This document shows, piece after piece, positions 40,145 to 53,342 of a stretch of 64,000 nucleotides of DNA. Both the position numbers and the translations under genes were made by a program. Location of the stretch: NCBI GenBank assembly GCA_051362555.1, contig CM120645.1, positions 1,860,001 through 1,924,000 on the forward strand, in the 5' to 3' direction. Under the pieces are notes generated by a model that ran no database searches, had not been told where the DNA came from, and worked only from the letters and a program-made list of their open reading frames with translations. Numbering within the stretch: the stretch's first letter is position 1; every line of letters starts with the position of its first letter. Source of the DNA: Lingula anatina (Eukaryota; Animalia; Brachiopoda).

Positions 40145-41589
40145 CTGGAAGTAGACTCCCTACTTTATTAATTATACGGGTGAACAATTTGCACTTGCTG
40201 ACTTGGAGTGTCGGTTCCTGTGCAACACTTTCACAGGTGGTCCATAAATAAAGCCATTTATCATTATTACTTTTTTCATAGGGGGCTAGTTAGTTACTGG
40301 TTCCAATGCTACCCCAGCTACTTCTGTAAGTATAGGTACCATGATTACAGTATAGAAGAAAAAGAGCAAAGAAAAAAGTATGAAGAACTAACTAACTACT
40401 ATCTGCTTCTGGTTGTACAGTGAACCACATAAGGAATGATGAATGGATAAAATAAACAAATGTACAATAAAATGAAGGAATGAATTTTCAATCTACTAAA
40501 AAAAAACCTTCTGACTTTAAAATATGCCCTAGTATTTTTAAAGGTTGTTCAACAAACTAAAAAAATAACAGAACATATACAAAACATCACAGCAGATTAA
40601 CTATAAATTTGTAAATTTTAAAGTTTCTTGCATATTATGCAATGCAGCCTTCATCAGCCACTGCCTGTATAATGCATGTTTGTCTGTGCATTCGTGTACA
40701 AACAAACGTATGCGTACAAATGTGTTAGCAGTTGACAACCTGCAAACATCTCTCTCACTCTCTGAAGCACCTGGTACCAAGGAGAAACAAAAGTTTGGTA
40801 AGGAAAACAGAGTCACGATACTGCCTATCATTGACAGAAAACCATTGTCAAAGTGACAATGAAAAAAAAAACATGCCTTAGACTATATAAATGTTCAGAG
40901 TGCATGGTCATATCGGCAAGCAAGTTCAGACAAGTTTGTGTCTGGAACATTTTGGGTCAATGAGTGATCAACATAGGTTTCCATTCAATCCACAAGTTAG
41001 TTCACAATTCGGTTCAAAGAGTTCCCTGTCTGAACTGTCTTTCAGTTCATATGGTGTCACGTTATATTGTGTGTGTAAAACTTTTCTTTTAAAACTGTGA
41101 ACTAAATAGCTGTGCAAGAGGCACGACAGATTTTGATCAATATTATAGCTGGTAATTAACTTACATGACAGCAGACTGTGGAGTTATGTAATTATAAGCA
41201 GAGTGCTTTGTCGTGTTCCTGTCACATTAATACACATTTAACCATTTCTGGATTGATATTAACAAAAGACTTTACTTCCTTCTTCAGAGAGTTTGAATGC
41301 AATACTCCTGAAGTTGATAAGGTGGTAGTGATCTGTCTGTCTGTTTGGCCATCAACCCATCCTTTTCTTCAGCACTTATTCATTAATCATTTTATTAGGT
41401 TCTATAATCTTAAGGTGCTACAAGGAAGAAACTGTTGCAGAAGTTCATATAAGATACAACCTGAGTGCTTATTTCTGAAATTTTTCTGAAAAAAAAACAT
41501 GCATCTGGCTGCTTAATTATTTAGGATCCTTTAGAGAACTTTTCCACTTGTTAAAAAATGAATCATGACATATTCAACACACTGAAGAG

Positions 41590-41757
41590 CAGGTGCAGAT
41601 TTAGGCCGTCTTCTGGGTCTTCCGGAAGACGGTCAGATTTTTAAGTTTTCATTTACGTGTATCTAATTTTTTCTGTCGGAAGACAGTCAAAAATGAAGGC
41701 TGGAACAGCAAAGATAAATTGGAAAACAGTCAGAAAATATCTCTGGATTCGCCCCTG
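41590..41757. mobile_element. MITE family C, copy 2, 6-bp TSD GAAGAG
   Basis: GAAGAG|CAGGTGCAGAT ... ATTCGCCCCTG|GAAGAG. Confidence 0.9.
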
Positions 41758-42784
41758 GAAGAGTACATTTTAAGGCCTAGTAGCATTTTCTTGGAAGTCA
41801 ATACTACATGTACCTACTGAACACATTTAAGATTGCTCTGCTAATTAGAGGCTTGACTCAGGTAAATAAAGGTTGCCTTAAGCATAATATCTCTTTTAAC
41901 TTGTTTTAGAAGTCAAATAACCCCTACTTTGCAAACATGAAGAACATTTTCTCACAGCTGAATAAAAAGTTAGTGTTGAGAATCTTTTTTTAGAGGCACC
42001 TTTCATATAACCCAAGAAAAGAGAGATTTTCTAGAACAGTACACACACAGCGGAGTGGGATGATTTTTTCCATGAAAAATAATTTTAAAAAATGAATCTT
42101 TGGCACCTGTCAGAGTCTGATCAGAAAGCCTACCTGAGGTGTGGATGAAAGCATGTTGTATGAAGGACTCATACATTATAGGCACATGACCACAAGTTCA
42201 TGTCCTCTAGATCTTCTACCCTGTATTCAAGGAGCAAGAGAAGATATATTTGTCTTCAATGGCTCCATTCAGAATAGGAGACTAACTAGCCTGAGGGCAA
42301 AATTTGGCGACCCACTACAAAGTTTGCCATCTAATTTGCTGATAGACGCTGAATAGATATCCTGTGGGGAAGTATTCAAGGGGGTGGGCCATATTTGGCC
42401 CTTGGACTAGTTAGTCCCCTGTTCTGAATGGGGCAAATACGTGTGCGTGTATGTTTTTGTGTGTGTTGTAAGATATAAATGTAACCAGACAAGCACATTC
42501 ATGCAAACATGCCTGCACATATTTGCCAAGATCATAAATCTGTCACTGATATATACTTTCTTGTTCCACACAGCAATTTTCCTTAAGTTATGCCCCATGA
42601 TCCTCAGGGTATTCCTCCACCCTAGCGGCTCACCTCATGGAATTTATTAATTGAAAAATGATGTCTAACCTCCGCTGTGAAGGACTTCACAATATTAGAA
42701 TAAGGCGGAGACGGTGATCTTTCAGCTCTTTGGATACAAAAAGCTTTTTCATAACTACCTCAAAGAACTATATATTACGGCAGG

Positions 42785-42917
42785 CTTAATGTGTTAAGGG
42801 TTTTGCCCATTTCTTGGCCTAAGTCAGGGCTCGATTACTGAGGGACTTAAAAGCTCAATGCTATAGATTACCCGGTCAGGTTAGGGAAAAATGGCAAAAT
42901 TTGATTAAGACATTAAG
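42785..42917. mobile_element. Small inverted-repeat element (MITE remnant)
   Basis: CTTAATGTGTTAA...TTTTGCCCATTT...CCTAA versus TTAGG...AAATGGCAAAA...TTAAGACATTAAG. Confidence 0.55.
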
Positions 42918-45909
42918 TACTTTTACAAGGGCGCCAGTGAAGGTGCCAATTCTGGACCTTCCCATTTATTCTTGGGATATTTGACTGAAACACGTCTAGG
43001 TAGAGGTGTTTTTTTCAATGCCAATTTCAGGAAAGAGATATTTATGATGACAAGCCTTGGTTATAACCACAAAAAAAAATTAGTACAAAATGGAATATTT
43101 TTGTTGGACATGAAGCACTTTGAAATGGGTGTCATAAGAAAGGCCACATCAGTACATTAAAAACCTTTCATGATGTTTAGTTTGACAATAAATCTACAAC
43201 ACAGCAAAAATCAGAGATCCACAAAAAGCAAACTTAAGTAAGCCACAATTTCCTATCAGAGATAAAAGCGGACAATTGAAAATAATTCTTAAAATGCAAG
43301 TGCAAAAGATAGAAGCATAGATCTACGTGAGGGGTGGATAGAGAGGGTGGGGGAAGAACATACCACCCAATGTCAATGCATGATGTAATGCAATCAATGA
43401 AAGCAATCCAGTTTATGACTGATGACGCCATATCTAATCCAAAATACAAGGTACCTGAATCTGGTTTTAAGCTGCTTGAAAAATACAGTACAAAATATAT
43501 CAAAAAATCAGACTCAGGGTTGAACTGACATGTTGAATTAGTGGTAACTTATGGCATATGTCCATAAAGTGATGAAGATAAGCCATAACAGCTACATCTT
43601 TAGTATCTGACACCATAGTAGTCTATAAGAAGTAAACTGTAATCATATAAAATTTAATAAATATATCTCAACTGATTCAAAGAAAACTGATTCCCTTAGC
43701 AGGACTCTAAAATCATGATTCTGACACAGCAAGCAAAGTCAGAGAGCAATTATTTAAGGATGACTGAACATGATTTATTTTAGAAAAATGAAACATTAAA
43801 AAAGGGGTTTGGAATTTGTGAGCAATTATCATAACAATGAAATGTCTCTTTTTGTTTCACTATAATCCATTACAGAACCATGTCAACACAACAATAAACT
43901 ATCGCCATTGATTTGGCCTTTCCAACAATACAAAAATTGCACTTGTATTTCTTACAAGAGGCGTATGCTTCCCTGTATTCTAACACACTTCAACACATTT
44001 TATGCTCTTCTTTGTTCTCTTGTAAGCAAAATGACATGAAATATGCCGTGATAATAATACCCTCTTGTATATACGGTATACAGTGGGTGACTGGTGGTAC
44101 ATCTAGACTGGTACTAATTGCTGAGCCCTTTGAACAAGAACATAGAACACAGACCCTGGATGTAAAAAAAAGTATGGTAAGAATACAATTGATTTTCTTT
44201 GTCATATCAGTATCATGATAAAAGTGATATCATAATGTATGTCATATAACTCAGTGTTTACAGGACAGACCTGGTATATTATGACACTTAACCATCGACT
44301 TGGTCCATCATTCACAGTCTTCTTCTGAGAACGGTGAAATTTCTGAATATAAAACAACAGGGGCACAATTGATCTTCTATTGTAAAACAGATTTCACTTC
44401 CTTCTGTGAATAATAAAAATAACTGCTTATCTATTATGTTGCTTGAATAAAACATTACAATATGGCATTTACAACAATGTAACAAATAGAAAATTGATTT
44501 TTTTATCGTAAAAACCTTCATTAAATAGGTCTGCCAGATAGTTACAGGAAAACAATTGACTTAGCTTATCTAAAAGACCATTTAAGTGAGTTTTGACACC
44601 AGGATTTCAATACAAACTTAATATTTTGCTCCTAGCGCAACATCCCATCACTGCATGTCATCTGGTTATTAATGACCCAAATCATGGCAAAAATGACAGA
44701 AATGTTGGCTTTTTGGTGTCACATCTTTAAATTATTAGTTTCACCTAAATCACTAAAATGGGTTAATGAGAAATTTACAGGTCTCACAGAAATCACAATT
44801 TAAATTTAATTGATGGTTTTTATCTGCCATCATTTTTTAATTGCTTAATCTGACTGATTTTAACATGGCTGCTACCGTGTCATACAATGCATCACAGCAC
44901 CACTTACTGCATAACATTTTATGTTAAAGAAAATTTACAGAAATTAATTTGATAAACCATTACCATAAACACATATCCATAAGATATAACATAAACCTAA
45001 TAAAAACATACATCCACATCCAATTGTATCAGCCTTTCCAAACCAAGGGGGATTAGAGAACAGTTTGATTGCAATTAAGTTCTGGTCCTCTGCGGTGATC
45101 TTATCTGATAAAACACCAGCATTATACATCATCTCTGACTGTGCAGGGAGCCATTGTAAGCCAACTTTGACAAACTTTTACATAGGGAAAATATTCTAAT
45201 AGGTTAAAAATGAAGACAAATTGTTGGTTTCTATTTGGTAAATGGTTTAGAAATGCCTGTTTTCTAGGTCTAAAATCTATTTCATTATTTTTGAAACATT
45301 GATTTAATCTATTTCTCACACACATACACTACAGAAAAGAATCTTTTATTTTCCAAACTGTGAAATCAAATTTGTCAAAAGATGATGCAAAAACTATGAT
45401 ATGATATTCAGGAAAAGACAGGATAGACACAGGATCAAAACTTCAAGAATAATGTCCAAGCTTGTAATCCACACTCATTATTTATAACAAAATGTAACAG
45501 TTACATTTATAAATGACAAACCTAATCATAGATTAAGAATCTCCTTTTGTTTATTAAGACACAGATTTATCTGTAACATGATTTCAGAAAACCTAATCCA
45601 AAATTGATGTCAGGAAAAGTATCATAAAATCAAAAAATGTTCTATGAGTATCCAAATCATTGGTTAAATGATCCTGCAAGCAAAGATAGATTTTACTACA
45701 CTAATGCAATAAAAAGTCCACTGGAAGTTTACCAATGAGATAACTCAATTTGCATGAAATCGAGGATATCCAACAAAAGATCTTTTCCAAGAAAACATTT
45801 CCACTAGCCACTGAGTGCTACATTAGTTTGTGAAAATAAGTTAATCCTATATTTCCATGCCTATGCTTTGAAATACACCTGTACATGAAAAGAATATATA
45901 TGGAAAGCA

Positions 45910-45947
<38 letters not shown>

Positions 45948-47807
45948 AAAAAAGCTGGGTGCATATATGCAAGCCCATACAGTCAAACATGTGCGTGTGT
46001 ATGTGTATGAGTGGGCGTGCACCAAAAAAAGAGTATGTAATATACTTTACTAATATCACTAGCTTAGGAGCAGACAGTTCCAAATATCTAGCGCATTCTA
46101 AACAAAAAATGCAAAATGCAAAAGTAAAAACATGGTTAAAACTGACAACCAAACAAGTGCACATCTTGTTAAGTACGGATTGCGGAACCCGATCCCGTCT
46201 ACTTCCTCTCTAGTTCTGGAACTTCACTCAGCAAGAGTCCGCAATAAAACCTCAACCTTTATATCTCTATTGCTAAAACAGTGGGCAAAACACAAGGCTT
46301 TTTTGTGTATTTGGTACAAGCTCTGTAGGCTGAGAAGATATTTCATGCTGGTAAGGTAACAAGATGTTAAAGGGATCATCTCACAGTTGGTATGCATCAG
46401 AATATGTCTCCATCAACCTGAATTATCTGAATTGTTCTGGATAGTTAGTGAAAATGAATTCATTTTTGTAAAAAAAAAAAAAAAAAATGGCCTTAAAGAA
46501 CAAAGTCCATCCAAACACTGTTTGTGTATTTTTGTTTGTCTTATGTTTGAATCTGTTTTTTTTTTTTTTTTTTTTTTTTTATTTTTATTTTTTTTTTTTT
46601 ACTTAATGATTTAACACCTTTTCTATTCATATAACCTGTGTATCTATCTACCTGGTTGTCTGTCTGTCTGTCTGTCACTCTGTCAGTTTACTATGTATCA
46701 ATCTGTTTTTTTTATTTAGTAATATTTGTCTTCATATTTATTCTACTAATATTTATTCTATTTTCATTTGTAGACAACCTGCCTGCCTTCAGTAAAAACT
46801 TCATCTTTTATTAACTGTCTTTTAGCAATAAAAACTGAGTAAATCATAGCTTTATAAAAGATGAATATCCAACACTTGAGAAAAACTAATGAAAGTGATA
46901 TTTCACTAAATTCTCACTTGGGAAATAAATTCACCAGACCAAATTTATTACATAAAGCAAACAAAAAGCCCACAAACACATGATCTTGGGAGATTCTGAT
47001 AGTGTTTCTTTTCTATCATTATCAGCGGTTAGCAGTGATTAATAGTCTGCAACCCAATTCCAAAAGAACTTCACTGTCATCTCTGTATAGTGCTTTCCCT
47101 CAATATAGGTGGTATAAAGATTACTCCCTAAGGGGCGTTGGGGGCCCTCTGCCTGGATTATAACAGAACTATGTTGTATCAATAAATGATGGCGTGAGGT
47201 ACACGTTGATACTGAATTGTTCTACTGTAACAGTATATTTCCTGTCTGTAAGTACACATTCCACATGCATACCCATGCAGATATGTACATGTATGAACAT
47301 TCATATATGCAAACACGTGCAGATCAATACCCATGCTATCCTACCTTTACACATGCGAACACATCCACAGATATACATGCGGCCCCATCATACACACACA
47401 CACATGATGTACACACACACACCATGCACAAACACACACATCCTTACATACAGAAACCAACTGAGGTACAGAAGTACTATAACGCCATGAGATAAATCAC
47501 AATAATAAATCGTCCTACCTCTTAATTAAAATTACTTATATCACTATGACATCACAAACCTCCCCAATCTTAAGAAATCCTTTTGTTAATTAGACTAGCT
47601 GATCATAAAAAAACCCTCACACCCACCAAAAACCTTAATTAAATCTCAGTTGCCACAATGTTCAAGAGATAATTTAATTTACTGGCACTGTATATGAACA
47701 GAGGGTTTATCTGCCCCGCTGTTTTCCTCTGATTGATTTTTTTTCTTTTGGATATAGTAAGATGTGATTCAACTGAAAAGTACTTTTACTCACATATCCA
47801 AATACAT

Positions 47808-47809
<2 letters not shown>

Positions 47810-47856
<47 letters not shown>
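47810..47856. repeat. (CA)n microsatellite
   Basis: Seen directly in sequence. Confidence 0.98.
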
Positions 47857-47858
<2 letters not shown>

Positions 47859-47924
47859 GCTAAAAACCAAATTAAGATAACATAATTTAGTCTAACATGC
47901 CTGTGTTGTTAATATTCTTCTTAA

Positions 47925-48055
47925 CAGACATGAGCCTATGTTTAAAAAAAACTATGAACATTTATCGAATCTCAGACAAGACTAATCTCAGGAACCATTA
48001 GAACTGAATTAAAAGACACAGAATTCCGTGTTTCTGTAGAAAAGGCTCATGTCTG
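47925..48055. mobile_element. MITE family B, copy 3, 6-bp TSD TCTTAA
   Basis: TCTTAA|CAGACATGAGCCT ... AGGCTCATGTCTG|TCTTAA. Confidence 0.9.
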
Positions 48056-49498
48056 TCTTAAGCAACCTCTGTAACCTATATACTCCATTGAAATCATTAA
48101 CAAGGACATATTGACCAGCTGACCATCCTACTGACCAAATGTAAAAATATAGACCATCTGTGTCTAAGTGGTCAAGGTATCTCATAAAATACCTGTATTA
48201 TGATTAAAGCACGAGAAGAACTCAAGGTTTCTATAAAAGAGCACATATGTCTAAAACAAAGCACTAAATGATAATTCTACATTTAGGTAATTGTCACCCA
48301 TTCATCTGAATAGATCTAAATACTCACAATAATGATATTGTACATGGATTGAACAGGGGAGTGAAAATAATATCTCTGTCCTAAAGGGTCTTAGTATATT
48401 GTTACGGACATCTAGAAGGTGATTATCAGAGTAAAAGGGAAAACCATTTGCAAAATTTCTTACTCATCATTATTTGAAATGAACACATGATAAAGAACTA
48501 TAACTATTTCAAAACCATCAACTAATTAATCTGTTTTTCAAAATTTATCACCTTGGTATCTCAGGAATGTATTTGTTAAATCTCTGACTAAAATGCAATT
48601 TTCTTTACAGAATACTTGAAGCATCTTTTAAAGTTTGCTGATTTAAATGAAAAAATATATATTTTGGGATATTCAGAAAGATTAGGTTATTACTTTATCT
48701 CCATAATCGTAACTGGTTCATTGCTGAAACACAAAAGGCATATTTACACAGGCTCCTCATTCAATGGATCGAAACATGCACGCGCATGCATCTTAACATA
48801 AACATACATAAAAACCATCTAAAATAGGAAGTTTTTTGTTTAATCAATTGTATAAAGACAGAATTTATTCTGAAAACATCAGAAACTCACTGACTTTCAT
48901 AAATAAATAAATAAATACAAGAATTGATTGTAATCAAACTAGTTATGGGTAAAAAAATTACATATATTAAAAAAGTTATTCACATTTAATTCAAACTATT
49001 GCCAGAGCTTACAGCATAAACAGACTGAGTGAACATGTGTTACCATTTACACCAGCTCCTATAAAAAAAACGATTACTTAGGAGACTATCCGAATGCACT
49101 TGTGTAGGCATAAAGACAACACGTAATAATACAATTTCTCTTCCTATATTCTCTTTTCATTGATTCATCACAATATTGTAATTACTACCAGTGTCATGTT
49201 CAAGGATAATTCATTAATTGGTTGCAACTTCTCCAGCAGCTGTGCGGCAGTGATAAACTATCCTTCTTTAATTTGCGTAGTGGAATACTAACAATAATCA
49301 CATTGTTTCATATAAAAAAATGCCATTCTATCTCCGTGTCTGGCTATTTGTGCTATAAAATGTGTCCATTCCATTTGTTATGGGTTTCATTGACTGGTTA
49401 TAAAATCCCACTTCCCTCTTTTGCTGGGCTGTTATCAGTGGTCATTATGTTTCATCTATTATATGCTGTCCTCCTACTACCGCTTTCTCTTCACTGAC

Positions 49499-49849
<351 letters not shown>

Positions 49850-50127
49850 CAGGAAGTACAATACAGTATAAAGTTTTTCATGTACAACAATTCAGCAGGA
49901 TAGCTCTAGAGGTGGTCAGAAACAATATGTGCCATAGACCAGCTATGTTATGTGAGCCGGGGTGATTAATATGATTAACAGCCATAGATGTACTAAAATA
50001 AAATGCAGCCTTTGTTAAAGAATCCATCCATATTCACTGCATGCGTTAACACACAAATCAAACCAGAGAACAAATGGCAGTGCTCCTGATCGCCTCTGGA
50101 GACCCAGCTAAACACTCGACTAAGAGA

Positions 50128-50255
50128 CCAATCAGATTGAATATGTCAAATTACATCACAGCCAGCTCAGCCAATGACAATGCAGCACACCTGACCAGAG
50201 TAAGTTACTGAAGCCAATATAAAAATGCATTGGTAGGCTTCAGGCTCTTCAGCTT
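50128..50255 (+). promoter_or_regulatory. Candidate Pol II promoter: CCAAT boxes + TATA box
   Basis: CCAAT at 50128, 50171 and 50214 (two in AGCCAAT context), TATAAAA at 50218, reverse CCAAT (ATTGG) at 50229, and pyrimidine-CA Inr-like sequence ~30 nt downstream of the TATA. Confidence 0.45.
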
Positions 50256-50466
50256 CTACAGGTCTAAATCCGTTCACAAACTGGTGGTTTTCTCATTTTT
50301 AACAAAAATGCTCTTGGGTTCAGTGTTTATCTGTCAGCACAGTAACGTTACATCAAAGAGGGAAACTTAGTATTGAAGGAAACTGCTTTAGAAGCAAATG
50401 GCACTGACACCTAGGTAAAGGCTGCTTCATTGATGGAAACATTACCATCAGATTATTGGAGACAAG
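50250..50466 (+). other. Candidate non-coding first exon of the GPCR gene
   Basis: Lies downstream of the candidate promoter and ends in the strong donor AAG|GTAAGG at 50466/50467 (alternative TAG|GTAAAG at 50414/50415). Confidence 0.35.
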
Positions 50467-50814
50467 GTAAGGGTTGAAATCACAATAATCCCAAGAAAAA
50501 AAAAGAAGAAAAAGTGAATTTTCAGCACTATTGGAATGAGTAATAATGGATAGAAATAATGGCTGGTGATTTTCAGAATTTTGGTGCTACCATAATTTTT
50601 TTTTCTAGTAATATTTGGTTAATTTGCAGTAGACTATTTAGCAGGGCAGACCTAACAGACTGTAAGTGAATCTTCAGGTATACTGAGAATATCCTGATCT
50701 TAGGGCCAGTGCCGATTATTTTTATGTCTTCTTCTCTTTTTCATCTTTTTTTACGGGTGGTTTGAAACAATTATTTTCTGTGCACATGCAACATTCAGTT
50801 AAGCTGATTGCACT

Positions 50815-51307
50815 CAGCAAGAGTCCCTGCAGAGTTGGGTCAATCTACGTAGAGCAATGGTGTCTATGTGAATGGGGTCAAAACCGAATCACTCAAATGT
50901 CAATGTTCAAAAACTGAAGATTCCATAATCCAAATCTTACAGCTCGGTAATTGAAACCTAATATAAAGGTTATGCTCTTATGTGCCTATTATTTTTCTTA
51001 TATTTGCTGGAAATGAGTAAAAAAATATGAGTTTTATATACAATATCACTGTATTGAAACAGCAAGTCCATGCAGAGTTGGATTAATCTACACAGATGAT
51101 GGTTTCTATGGAAATGGGGTCTTACAGCGGCACAAAATCAAATCACTCAAGTGCCAATGTTCAAAAACTAAAGATTCCATATTCCAAACTTTAGTCATTG
51201 AATCCCAACAGAATGGTTATATTATTATAAGTCTATTATTTTCCTTTCCTTTGCTGGAATTGAGTAAAAAAAAAAGGAGCTTTGAGTACATTGTGACTGT
51301 ATTGGAC
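50815..51307. repeat. Diverged tandem duplication, ~245-bp unit x2
   Basis: CAGCAAG..TCC.TGCAGAGTTGG...AATCACTCAA.TG.CAATGTTCAAAAACT.AAGATTCCATA.TCCAAA...TTTGCTGGAA.TGAGTAAAAAAA...CTGTATTG occurs twice. Confidence 0.9.
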
Positions 51308-51342
51308 AGTAGGTTTCTTAAAGCAACTTTTGAATGCATTTT

Positions 51343-51375
51343 TTACCTCCACCAAGGAGGTTATGTTTTTTTTTT
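51343..51375 (+). mobile_element. 5' fragment of the same HINE-like family
   Basis: TTTTACCTCCACCAAGGAGGTTATGTTT matches TTTTACTTCTGTCAAGGAGGTTAGGTTT at 33171. Confidence 0.55.
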
Positions 51376-53313
51376 CACTGTATGTTTGCATTGAACATGG
51401 TCATATAATTTGAAATATGATTGGCTGCATATTAAAAAAACAAAATTCTGATAAGTAGTTGTTTTAAGTCTTAAATCACATTACGTTTTAAAAAGAACAA
51501 TGTGGTGCAAATGCAAACTTCTAAAAATTGTTTTTTTTTTTTTCAATTTCAAAATATAAAAATGCACAGACAATGTTAATCATTTAATTCCTATTTCTGA
51601 CAATCCTCATACATCTGTCAGAAAAGCTGAATCCTTTTCCTGGCAGTTTTGACAGTTGCTGACATGTCTGAAACAAAGCAGTCATTGTTTTGAAAACTGG
51701 TACAAGACTTTTTGTCCCATCTGTCTAACTCACACACGAAATTGACTTAACACCGGAAATTTCATGGTTGAACATGCAGTCAACCTTCTGAAGAAACAAT
51801 AGTATTTATTTCTACATTGATTCAAATGTTTGCAGACGTTTACATATCAATACATTCTTAAACAGCAGAAAGACTAATGTAACAAATTATCTCTGAATAA
51901 TGTTGAAATAGCAAGAAAAATCTATGACGTTATTGGTTTTGTCAAAGCTTTAGCTGACCTTCATAGTCAAATAATGTTTGTCAACTTAAGTACCAAGTTC
52001 TTATTCTGACCTACAAGCTGTAATACAACACCCCCAGATGATCTTAACTTGGAAAATTAAAAACCGTGATAGCATCCCTGGTTTAAATGACATGCCTTGA
52101 TGATAAAGAAACCCTGAAATCAAATACTCACTGGGGATTTTGAGATAAAATCTCTGCATAGTGTTCACTGGTCAGCAATAGAAAATCATTGATTATACTA
52201 AGATGATTTGGCTTGGCATTTTTTTGTTTTGTTCTTTTTTCTCTTCCTTTCATTTTGCGAAAAAAAAAAAAATTGAACAATTGCCATAAGAAGTGCTGCA
52301 CATCAAAAGGAAACAAAATGGGCATAAAATGCTGTAACAGTTCCTAAATATGTCTGAAGATGAATATGAAGATCAATGTAAAAATATTAATTTGATTCAA
52401 TTTTACTTTTATTTTAATTCAATTAATTTATATTTTGTTCATTAACACGGTATTTAATTCTAAACCCTCAGTGTAAGATATTTTCCAGTGCATATTTACT
52501 TTTAAGATTTTCTCGTTATAATGTTATATCACAGAGACTGCAGGTACTGTCATGGTTTTTAATATTTTAGCTGCGAAAAAAAAAAAACACCTGAGAGTGC
52601 TTAAGAAACACTAAATTATTCCACTTGGAATTTTAAGTTACTCAATGCTACAATTAATTTCTAGACTGGCAATATCAAAATTAACCTGAGCATGTAATAG
52701 TAATAACAATAATAATGGATACTGGAAAATATTTTAGGTCCATTTTCCATGCCTACTGATACTAATGATCTGTTACGAATACCTAATTCTACTTCAGTTT
52801 CCTGATAGTCAAAATTATCATTTACATGTAATATAATTTTGAGTAATGATGTTATACTTAACTGTAAAAAAAAAAACAGGACTTTATTTGTATTGAGCTT
52901 CATTAAGATGTCTCCATAAATTAACTGATGGAATTCTGTGTACAATAGTTCTTAAAGCACACAGTTTTTTGTTTTTTTCTCATAATATTAACTTCTGTGG
53001 TGACTAAAATAATTAAATCTTATATAAAGGTTATGGACAGTGAAAGTATACATCATGTGCTGTATTGCCAATTTGGTGGAGGTACTTCAATAAACACAAA
53101 TTTCTGCATTTTACGTGGAGGTACAAGTAAATTAATTTGGAATAAATGCCCCTGTCAATTTGACAAAATTGCTGACTGTCTTATATGATAAAGTCTTTAA
53201 TTTTAATGTCTTCTTTTCAACACATCCCTGTTGAGAATGGAAAAGAAGTTACAGTTAAACATTTCTACCAAGCACAATCACAAACACAATCAGCCAAATT
53301 TTAAAATCAAAAT

Positions 53314-53342
53314 CTAACTTCATAATTTCTTTCTTCTTTCAG
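53314..53342 (+). other. Strong 3' splice site (branch point + polypyrimidine tract + CAG)
   Basis: CTAAC at 53314-53318, then TTTCTTTCTTCTTTC and AG at 53341-53342. Probable start of the terminal exon containing the GPCR CDS. Confidence 0.55.
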
